In this document: positions 40,801 to 52,800 of the stretch, piece after piece | Position numbering within the stretch: position 1 is the first letter of the stretch | Layout: each line of letters begins with the position of its first letter | Notes under the pieces: generated by a model | What the model was told of the DNA's origin: nothing | Databases searched by the model: none | The model's input: only the letters and a program-made list of their open reading frames with translations | Assembly (NCBI RefSeq): GCF_000002075.1 | Contig: NW_004797345.1 | Coordinates: 594,471 to 658,470 of the forward strand | Direction of reading: 5' to 3' | DNA: 64,000 nt | Source of the DNA: Aplysia californica | Lineage: Eukaryota | Position numbers and translations under genes: made by a program

Positions 40801-43800
40801 AAGCACATGGGAACAGACAATTGTTTTAGTTCAGAAATATAATTACCTTTCCGAGTTCATAATGGTCCTGACTACTGACATCACTGTCTGCTTTCCCTTT
40901 TGAAGTACCAAACTACAGAGATAAAAAAAACAAAAAAATAAAATAAAGTGAAATACTGGTTGAAACAATAAGTGATGATTAGGTGTGATAACTAAGAGTT
41001 CCTAGTCGTATAGTGAACTGTTTAAACTGGACTTAATGAAAGCACCCCAAGCTTTTCACATAAGTAGAAAAGAAATAAGTTTGGTCTGGAATCTGAACGT
41101 AAGGGTCACGATTGCCACAAGCTAATTACAGTAAATGACTGTTCCAGACTCTGTAGGTCTTGGGAAAGAACCGCTCCGTTATCACTTACAGTAAAACTAT
41201 ATTGACAGGTTAGTAATATAGAGGGACAACACACACAGCTGTAAAATAAGCTCATACCAAATGTCCCCCCTTCCTACACATGGCATTGATGATGTAATTC
41301 TTAATAAAAACATTCTTATGCTTCAAATCCTCGATTGCCACGATTCCCAAATACAGTAATACAACTCTAAAATGCTAAGAAAAAAAAAAGCCACTTTTCG
41401 TAACTACACCAAACTGTCAGCATCATTCCACAGTTGGCCAAATCAATTTCTGAGTGTCCAAATAATGGGATTTAAAAAAAATCAAGGGGTATCTTTCAAA
41501 ATACACGTAGTTTCATTACGTCCTGCCTGGTTATTATTGAAAAATCACAACTGATTGTGGACAAGTTATGATTCTCCTTTAGGTGGTCTCTTTTTATAAA
41601 AACTTTAAACTATGAGAAAACTTGCTTTGCAAGAGAAAAAATAAATGAAGCATCTCTTACGTTGAAAGAAAGTACAAGTTTCTTCTGTTCAGCATCACAG
41701 AACACCACCCTGCACCGAATGACTTGGCCCACGTAGAACAGGGTTGTTGGATCTTCCACTTGCTCAGTGCTCATGTATTTCCTACTGACAAAACCCTGAA
41801 AGTGAAAATTGACACTGGGTAATCACGCAGTTTCTCAAAATCTAAGAGAGAGCCGAGGAAGTCCTTCCACGATAGCTCTAAAGACTGGCCCAGTATTTGA
41901 AATAAAGATCCATAGTGAAAGAAACAATAAAAAGCAAAGATGATTTTTAAAAAGCTTATTTTCAGATAGCGAAGTCCAGCTTTTCAAAAAACTAAATTGT
42001 GAAATGCATAAAAATGCAAAAAAAAAAAAAAAAAATTACTTCAAAGTCTTTACAAATAGAAGAAAAATGTTAACTTTTGGTTTAACAAACAAAAGTAATG
42101 CATTTCCATGAAAAGGAAAACTTATTTTTCTTGTGAAGTCAAGCTTTTCAAAAAAACGTAAATTGTGAAATGCATAAAAATGCAACCAAAAAAAAAATTA
42201 CTCCAAAGTCTTTACAAATAGAAGAAAAATGTTAACTTTTGGTTTAACAAACAAAAGTAATTTCTATGAAAAGGAAAACTCATTTTTCTTGCTCTTTCAA
42301 TTGTAACTTAAAACCATACTGACCTTGACATCACCAAACAGGGACACAATGACCACTCGCTCTTTGACAGCAACGATCACTCCCTCCAGCTCCATATGGC
42401 GACGGAGCTCCGAGTAATCCGTGATGATTGGATGCTTTGCTTTGACAAGAGATTTTTTATGTGTAAGTATCACCTTGTTCTTCTGATGGTTTATTCTTAG
42501 CACCTGCAAACAAAGTAAATAGTCTAAGTTGTGACCTAAATGGGAAATGACAACTTACTAATTCGAACACATAGAAATCACAAGCAAAAATAATGAAAGC
42601 CAAGAGAAAAATATAAAACTTTGTACAAGCACAAGAGAAAGAGGGAGGGAGAGAGAGATAAAGAGAGGGAAAGGGGAAGAGACAGAGAAATAATTTATTA
42701 TAGAAAAGACAGAGAAACAGGGAAAGAGAGATAGATAGAGACAGACAAGATTTTTAAAAAAACCAACATCCCCTCACCAAAAAAAAAAAAGAAAAAAAGT
42801 CACTCACACGACACTTGAGCTTCATGCCGGCATCAAACTTCTTCTCTGGCCGTTTGATGGGAACATCAGCTAAATGCATGCCAGGAATGAAGGAGTTGAT
42901 GCCTCTCGACAATGTGACAGCCACTCCATTCAAATGCACCTCGGTCACAGTGGCCTGAAACAGGTCAGGAGTAAGTTTCACAATACAATTACTATTAGCA
43001 CATCAGCTCTTTTATTGTTCTAATTATTGCCAAGGTCGATCTGAAAGTACCAATGCAGTCTTGCTCCATTCATCATTTTGTGAAATCATGGATTTCCTTA
43101 CAAGTATCAACAATTAAAGTCACATACTTAAAAAAAAAAAACAACCTACGGTATACAGCGGTTACTGGGGTGTGTCCTTGAGCAGCAAACCATAACCATA
43201 GCTCAAAAAAACAGGGCAGTGCACCATGGTAATTTGCAATGTTGTGTGGATTGTCTATGTTTGTTCTATTGTATATAATTCATGCATCATAATTATATGC
43301 GGTACAATATAGACAAGATCAGTTTAGTGGAATTTATTATTTTCATTCAGTGGATACGTTCTAAAGATGTAGGTATGGCAAGATGTCCATGGGTGAAAGT
43401 ACTGACAGGTTCAAAAACCTGAAATCCAAATTATTAAAATGTTTAGTTTTAGTAAAAGTTTTACGGCACTTGCAACACAATAAGGTCATATAAGTGCCGA
43501 AGATTAGAGGTGTTACAAGAGAGTAACAAACATAAAACAGAAGGAGGGGAGATAAAGACGATAGATGTTTGATAGGAAAGAAGAAGCAAACCACACCAGA
43601 GCACCCGCCAACCACCCACATTAAAATGCCTACACCTGAAAATTACACACGTTGAGAAACGTTGTCAGATAAACACACACAATATTATGAAATAAACACA
43701 TTTCTTCAAGATACACGTACATGTACTGTCATCAATGCATTGCTTTGACAACAATCCATCAAATCAGGTTCTGTGTCTGCAAAACAGCAATGTGCTATTC

Positions 43801-46800
43801 CTGGATGTTAAATTTTTTCAATGGTATTAACTAACACTACAAAGTGTCTAATCACAATCCCCACTGAGACACACAATTTTTTTTTAAAGATGTCGTGTCA
43901 CTGTCACAGTCCATATTTGTACTTTTTTAACTACAACTGTAGCTTCTTGCTAAATAAGAGTTCAGCAATGGTGCATGGCACTTGTGCACACACTGTTTGA
44001 GGCTGTAGGTTGAGCTGTTGCAGTTGATGGTGAAATTGGCTGGACATAGAAATCTTTTCGTTATGTGCGAATTCTGCAACGGCCAAATTTTAGGCTGCAC
44101 CAAGGAAGATAACTGAGTTGTACAATCAGGTCAAAATTTACACGAATTTCATGAAGTCGAAAATTTGTCCCAAACCGGAAAAGTTGGAAAGCTGATTTTC
44201 AAAAACTGGAATTCCGGCATATGCCGGAAAACTTTCACCCATGAAGACGTCATCAATTAATCGAGATTATAGTGGCAGTCGAAAGCAATACATGATTGTA
44301 AAAGCCCTAAGCTCTAGGTTACTGTGCTAAAAGCATGCGGGCAGTTCGTACTTATATAATGGAGACCGTGTTCAAGACAGTGTTCAAGGTTTACTAAGAG
44401 TATTCTTTTTGAAAGTCTTTCTCAGTTCTTGTATTGTCTTATTTTTGGTGGGGTTTTTTTTTGCCCGAGAGTGGTTTTGTGTCAATAAAGTTATTTTCCA
44501 GCAGTGCCACTAGTGTTTTGACAATTTTTTTCAGCACAAAAAAAAAATCCATCTAGTTTAAATGATGAGAGAAGACACAAATTTTAATATGATGTACAGT
44601 GCAGGCTGACTCTATCAACTACCGAAACGGTCAGCATTTTACAGATTTAGCCTTGTCTATTGCATTTATCATTTATCTAACATCTTAGGCTTACCTCCAC
44701 AACATCACCAATATTTACGTCATGGATTGTCAGAAACTTCTGAGAGAGGATGCTCCTGGGAAGTAAAACAAAAAAGCCAAATAAAATCAAACAAAACAAC
44801 CAAAAAAACAAAACAAACTGCGAACACTCGAAATGGCTAAAAATTAGACAGCAATACTTCATTTTCAGTACTAAGCAAAAAAACTAACAGCTACTGACAT
44901 AAAAGAAAACAGCACACTTAGCTGCGAAAATTGGCATCAAATACATGTTAAAATAGCAGACACTGATAAAGTGAGGGTCAGCAAAACGCATCTAAGAAAG
45001 GAAGTCGATGCCTGCATAGCTGCATACTTATCATGAAAATAAATCTTAAAATACCAGGTTGATGATGATTACGTAAGGTCGTGGGTTTGAATCCCGTCAA
45101 GGGCCCGACGTTGTGTCCTTGGGAAAGGCACTTTACACGAATTTTCCCCACTTCACCCAGGTGGGAATGGGAACCCAGCTATAGACAGCGAAAGATCTTG
45201 TCAGTTTGTTAGTGTTTGAGCGCTTAATCGGTTGCTTGCACTGTATGCTTCCCGGGAAGCTGAGAATGTTTCGGAGTGTTCTATGGTCTGCTGGGGTAAT
45301 AATATAGTGTAAAGTGCATAGAGCCTGCTGTTGAGCGGGGATATGCGCTATACAAATGCTATCTATTATTATTATTATTATTATCTATCTTCATTGTCCA
45401 AGAAAACTAAAAGCCTTTATGTAAAATGGGAGGAGAATAAAATTGTAGAAAGGGGAAAATAAAGACAAAAAACTTTATTCACTCACTGTTTGAGAGTCAC
45501 CAAGGCAACACCTTCTATAAAGTTGAAGCCCAGGATTCGACACTGGTGACTCGCACCAACAGCATAGGCTGTGATATCTGGCTCGTTGGTCTTGTCTGTT
45601 AATTTGCTCAGCTGGAGAAACACGCCAGAGAATGAGATACATTTTAAAACCATGCATAAGGTAGAGGACATGCCAATTTTTTCTGGGGATTCAATGGAAC
45701 TCAAATTGCTTTTCTAAGACACAAAGCAATTACAAAAGACCATGCAATCAAAAGAAATGAGTGGGAAAAAAAAAGTATGCCACTTCACTTAATTTTCTAC
45801 AAGACCAAAAATTAACCACTCCAGATGCAACCATTGCTTTTAGCCAAAGCCACACAGGCTTTTCACACCGTTGTGAAATTACCTCTCAATTTCAAACGAA
45901 AAATCAAGTTAACTTTGCCTTAGAAGCCCATATAAAGTGTTGTTTCTTGTTATCACGATTGCCATGAAAAGTGATATAAAAAACTGTAACAAAACTTTAA
46001 TGTTGACGAATTAGATAAAACATTCAATAACTATTATGAGAATTGCCCACACAGATGGGAACTGTTACCTTCAACGAGACACTGACAAAAACATTATTGA
46101 AAAATGGGGAGGCGGGCGAAATGAAACAACAAATTGACAAAGGAATCTTTACACTTCAGTTGCTCGAGTTATAATGCAGAAAGAGAGGACATACCATAAT
46201 ACTATTCATGAACTATCAACCAGCACAACAAAACATATCAGTTAACTTACAGCTGCAAATGCTCTCACTCCCTTAGGCAGGCTGAAGTATACCCCCTTCT
46301 TTTTGTCCAGCCGCAACACTTTTGCTTCAAGAATGTTCCCGACCCTCAGGTCTTGAAACAAGCCAATCGCACCTCCGTCTGAGTTTACAAGTTCTGGCAG
46401 AGCTGTCAGCTGTAAGACTTTTGTAACCGGGTGGACATACAGAACCCTGGCATCAACCTGGATAAAAGCAGGGACGTCATTGTTTTACTAACCATATTCC
46501 TGATACACTGTCACTCACATTATTATATAACCACAAGCCGTTTCAAATTTCCAGTGAAAAATGAGCACAAATATTTCATAGTTTTAAATCATTAAACAAT
46601 ATTTCCTATGTCTTTAGTGAAAAATGAGCACAAATATTTTATAATTCTAAATCATTAAACCATGTTCCCGTGTTTCAAGAGAGAAATGAGGAAAAACATT
46701 TTATAGTTTTAAATCATTAGACCATATTCCAGCATCACTGTCATTCATATTTTTCCAATGATTATCACTGTCATTTCTTTAACCACAAGCCTTTTCTGAA

Positions 46801-49800
46801 TTTTCATGTCTCTGGTGAAAAAGTGAGGACAAAAAGTTAATAATTTTAAACCACAACAGATGTAGAAAAGCCTCACCTCGGCCTTGACCTTGTATGTCAG
46901 CGGTGACTTGGGCACCTGAGAGCCGTGAATTACAGCCTCAAAATTGTAAACTTTCCCAATCAGCCCAGTGTCTGTTTTCTATATATAGGGAAACAAGTTA
47001 AATGATGTGTACCTTTAACAATATGACATAAAGAAAATATTTTCATTAAAAAAAATAAACTGACTGCTAAGAAACCATTAACATATAAGCACACTTCAAC
47101 AGAAAATATAAGTATTGTTATTGTTTATGGCAAGTCTAAGGTTCCAAGTAGCATGTTGAAGAAAATAAACCCAGCAATTCAAATAATTCTATTGTTTGCT
47201 ACTTGAATGATCCATTCATGGTAATAAATTTTCAAAAATCATTCATGATTTTTTAGAAACATGAGATGTCATTTTTGCATGCATTGAACAAAATACAAGG
47301 TCAAATTTGCAGGTACTGGGATTACTACAACAGTGAAATACTGTCACATTGTCAGCAAAACATAAACTTTGACACAAACGAAAAAACGAAAATAAAAATT
47401 CTGACGAGAAGGACTTGTTATAAATGCATTCACAGCTGATGAAGAGTGCTTTTTTAAAGTAGCAAATAGAATACTAAAAACTAAAATGGTGAACAGATGT
47501 AAAACTTAGAAAAGAAGGATAGTTCAGTGAACAATAACGAGTTAGACTGAATTCCAAACACAACACTTGGAATATATTGAGAGGGATGCTAGCACATACA
47601 GTGGGTGTCGCATTCAACGAGAAGTCGGCTCCAACGAGGCAATCCTTAATCTCCGATTTTTTCTTCTCTATCTCTTTGTAAATGTATGTCAGCTCCAACG
47701 AGGTTGCAAACAGACCGAAGTTGCTTTCAACGAGGTCACGATTACCAAATAAAAGCAATTAGCGACCCCAAAAGCAAAGAGTTTTTCTCCTTTCTCCCCA
47801 TCTCACGCGAAGCACAAGGCCCATCCTCGATTCCTAACACATTATATTGCTAGATCTAGTGTGCCTCCTAATATGGGCCCCAAAGCCAAGAGGATGGGCG
47901 AGGGTTAGCCTACGGTAGGGATGGGATGGGTGGGAACGTGAGGCGGGCAGTGTGAAACTGGATGAACTCTGGATGGGTAGGTCTAGATCGAGACCTTCAT
48001 TTTTTTCAAATTTCTTTTCTTCCCCTGATCAGAAAATCCAAGCTCTCGCCTTTACTTTATGTAGATCTAGGCCTAGACGTGAGAGGATATGTTTCCACAT
48101 GAGAAGTGTTCCGGAAAATTTTTTTTAAAATGCAGAAATGACGGTGAGAACACAGCTCAAACTAAACACGAGCGCACTGATGGTGCATGAGATTTTCGTC
48201 ATCAGTGGGAATATCTGTTTTAATAACTGGTATAGGTACATTGTGTAATAAAATAACTTGTCTCCTGTCATTTCTTTAGCCTCAGTCAGGTTCAACGAGA
48301 GGTCGGATCCAACGAGGACCACAAGCCGGTCCCGGCAACCTCGTTGAATGCAACACTCACTGTATATCATACCCCAAAAGAGAAACTAGTAACAAGTATC
48401 TTTCACTGTGAAACTCTATAATAAACGTTTTCATATTCTTGACATACCTTTTCTATGACAGCTTTCACCCTCATACCAGGAAGCACTGTGTTTAAACTTG
48501 TTGTCTCTTCGAGCTGAAAAAGAAGTAAGGGGCATTGTTAGAGAGTACACAAAAATGTGCCTTCTACTCTTGAAATAACACCAAAGACCAGCATTTGAGC
48601 AATTCATGGCTAAGACTTGCAACATTATATTTCCATTACACAAATTTTCCAACATGGTAGAAATATGCATATATTTAGTTAATGAAGGCACATATTATTG
48701 ATTTGGAGCAACATATGACTATTTAGTTAATGAAGGCACATATTATTGATTTGGAACAACATATGACTATGTCCATTTTCACAAAAATGCCAAGAAGAGC
48801 AAAACTAGGAAATTCAAACAGTATTCCACTACTTCACTAGGCTTGTAAATATCAACCCATTAGGCCAATACTTTTGCTGCAACAGCAATTCCCATCGCGT
48901 TCATGCAACTAAACATTTCCACTTCACACCTTGCCATAAAAATAATTTTTTCTCAAAATGAGGAACTGGGACACAGTCACCTCGAGCTCTCAGCCAACAG
49001 TACCAGTCTGATGGCATTTCAGCTTACCGTTGCTTGTTTCACAAGTGTAGGCTCAACAGTAACATTCACAGCTCGAGTTTCTCCCTCCTTTATCCCGGAC
49101 TTGCCTTTCATTTTCAAAACACACCACAGAGGCTGGCCAACACTTAGAGGCTCCCCTGGTGAACAAAAGGCATTCAATTGAGTATAAAGAGCACATCTGT
49201 CACTGGGAGAGTTAAGTATCAGAGGTCAACAGTATGTGAGTCATAAACATCAGTGCTGAGATAGTTTTCCCCAAACCACTGGACTTCCATACCATGGAAC
49301 TTTTCTTTACCCCTTTTGACAATTTAAATTCAAAAGTCCAGATCCCATTGCTTTCTTTGTACTTATTTGCATGTCATACCACCCTAGTTGGAGACTCGTC
49401 CAAGAACAACAGAGTGGACAGCAGTACCTCAGAAAATTTGAAAAACCTCTATCCAGTCAAAAATTATTTTACTCATACTCAGAAAACACACCCCTATTAC
49501 AAAGAAGATACTGTAATTTCTCCAAACCTTGACACTGAACAAATATGACATCATCTCACCACTGTTATAAGTCTGCACAAAAGCCTCTGCATCTTTGGAG
49601 GAAAGGAAAGCTTGAAGACTTTTAATGCCCAGATCCACTCTGTACCCATGGTCTTCTACACTAGACACACTGCCAAACAGAAGCTGAAAAAAAAATAGGG
49701 AACATCACTGAAACATTTAGCCAGACGGGAAAAAAAATAATCCAACAAATCCCAACAAGTCAGAAAAGAGACAAATTTTAAAAAAGATAACATGGCATGA

Positions 49801-52800
49801 GGTAGGAGCATGGGAGGGAAGCTGGAAATTCTGGGACAGGGTTTCCATCCTTTCATTGTAATACATTTTTTTAAATTCTGTGAATCATTAACCTCTTCAA
49901 AAGAACGGATGGTCTTAGTCCAAATTCATCTCTGACCATGCATCCCACTTCCATCACTATTTCGTCAGATCAGACCAGATGCTGCTCAAGCAAGTTTTCT
50001 GAGCAACTGCTAAAGCAAACTAATACCATCAACTTTTCCTTTTCTGTTCAAAGTGAATGTTAAAAATTTGATGTAAAATTAGCTATGAATTTATAACATT
50101 TATCAGTAAGAGGCGAAAACATGTGCGACATGCTGACAAAATGAGTTACTTCTTGCAATCCCCAAAAGGAGATATCGGCTGAAAATCGATACTGGGTTCA
50201 ACTTGATAGATTATCGATTGATGCCATTTTCTTCAAGTTTAACATGTCTTTTATCATCGCATACTTATAAACTGTACAAACACCATCTATAAATTTGAAG
50301 TGTCTATTTCCATAGAAGTAACTCATTTTGCCAGCACACCTCACATATTACTTTACTTTCCTTTTCACAATAATAATATTCGAAAAGAGAAAGTTGGAAA
50401 AAGGGGAAAAACCCCTGTCAAAACAACCCTGGACAGCCGCAACATACCAAGCCATCTGTTAGACTCGATAACGGCAGGGACGAATTGAGGGAAGCCGGCA
50501 CAGAGCTCAGCTTCACGAACGTCTTGTTTTTTTGCTTATCCTCTTCTACAGTGGTCACCTTAACAGGTACCAGCAAGCCAGGGCGGAACATTTCATCTAC
50601 GGGTTTCAGGTCCTGGAAAAAGTCAGGTTAAAATTTAATTTTAAAATATATAACCAGAGAGCAACTGTTGGTTATGCATAACCATGCACATAAATGTCCC
50701 CTACGAGAAAAGAGAAACATTGACTTTATCTTGAATGTAGGATCTAATCTACAGATTTTAAATCTTGGAGTGTGTTTACAAGGGCAAACCATGCATAACA
50801 GAGCTTGAATGCAAAGCAGAACACATCTCAATTGAATAGAACATCATTTTACATTTGAAACAGGTGCATAAAAATTCAGTTTTATCAAATAACATTTAAC
50901 TGAGGTCCATAATCAAAATCAGACTAAAGAGAAAGAGTCAAAAGGACATACGAGTATTGGGAAAAGGAAGAGAAACTACCTGGATCAGCGACGGCTTCTG
51001 AAAAGGACCAGATTGATGATTGAACCAATAGGACATGCTAACATTCAATAATAACAATAACCCCCCCCCCCAAACAAACAACAAAAAAACCACAACCAAA
51101 AAAAATGAAACCAAAGAGAAAAATATAAAACTTTGTACAAGCACAAGAGAAAGAGGGAGGGAGAGAGAGATAAAGAGAGGGAAAGTCGGCTTCATGGCCT
51201 GCTTCCTCAGCTCCTGAATCTCCCGATAGTCAGACAGATGAGAGTAAGGCAGAAACGCCATTTCCTTCCCTGAGTGAAGAGACAGTCGATACCCATTTTC
51301 CTCCTGACTCACAATTCTAGCACTGACAATCTGAAATTGAAAGTTTTGAAAGAATAAGAATTTCATGTGCCTCTTTTTTTGTNNNNNNNNNNNNNNNNNN
51401 NNNNNNNNNNNNNNNNNNNNNNNNNNNNNNNNNNNNNNNNNNNNNNNNNNNNNNNNNNNNNNNNNNNNNNNNNNNNNNNNNNAAAAGCTAGAAAAATAAA
51501 AAGCCTTAAATACAATAACTTTGAAAAAATAAATTCAACATTTCAAACCTCACCTCAGATATCTCTGGTTCAGCAGACTGGGCCAATTTCTGCAACTGCT
51601 GAGTGTAGGCTGGGGATATTTCAGTAATGGGCAGAGTGGCCAAACGGTTGCCAGGCAGCGAAACAGACACATGATACTCATGAGCTTCTCGCACACATCC
51701 CAAGACACACAACTCTGTGGTGAGACACTGAAATAAAAGAGAGTCCATTACTCAGTTGTACATACTTTTTTTGTGTGCATATAGTAGCATATCGACACCA
51801 CAAAAGAGATCAGGTTGTGGAGGAAAATTTAAAAAGAGACAAATGACAAAGGGAGGACCTACCACTGAAACTCTCCAACCACCCACTGTTGTAAGTGTAA
51901 GAATATATATCTGTTGGTGCCGTAAAATACAAACACACTCAGTGTTTAACCTATTCATGTGGCAGCTCTTTATGCAATACATACTAAATTACAGTGTTAC
52001 AAGCACACCCCCCCCCCCTTCCAAAAACCCTGATTTACAAGACAACAGTAAACTCACTGTGATTTTAAACTATTCATAGCATGCTGACTATTTTTATTGA
52101 GGAATTGCAGACCTCAGCAATGATTTTAGAACTACCAAGAGTTGATCTGTTTCTTCTCGTTACATAGCTGAAACATATTACTACTGATAGAAATTACAGC
52201 GCTAGTGTGAAGTTCTTATTGTGTAGGAAGTTCAAAGGCAGCAATTGGTACTTTTCAAACACATAATATAATAAAAAAAACTACTTTTCATTAAAATAAA
52301 CTCAAGCTATTTTTGTGTTTGGGGAAAGGGGGAAATGCCCATGTTTATAAATGGTGGGTCAATAATCACTTACTTGGTGCAGTGGGACACCAACATGGCC
52401 TTCTGAGCTCCTTTTTTTAACTTTCTTCAGAGGTAAGGACACAGTGGTCAATTCACTATCACTCCGCTTTCTTTTTATTGCCTTCTGCTGCTTGTTGGCA
52501 TTCTGAAATGCAATGAAACGAAAGGAATATTGAGAAGAAAAAAAAAATCAATTTACTGATGGAACGTGGAACTGATACCAGAAACTGTCCAGCAACAATG
52601 ACCAAGAAACAAAAAGCCTCCTGTGATGATATCACAATATGAGCCACTGATGCGCTTCAAATTGTCTGCACAAATGACTCCCGTGCAAAATCATAATCTT
52701 ACAACTGTCATTAATCTATTAAGATCCATACAGAATGCAGACTCAGAAAAATCGTGACATTTTCATAGAAAGGAAGACACCCCCCCCCCCCTAAACAAGA

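Larger units (their letters stand above)
2116..51482. other. Assembly gaps: 2116-2588, 2648-2776, 3773-4348, 4913-5754, 7158-7291, 8775-8885, 29044-29219, 51383-51482
   Basis: N-runs; the last is exactly 100 N, a common placeholder for a gap of unknown size. Confidence 0.99.

Noticed and set aside
50938-51366. 142-aa ORF suggesting a second RRP5 paralog
   Set aside because: It is a partial identical copy of exon 16 read into intronic low-complexity sequence next to a gap, not an independent gene.
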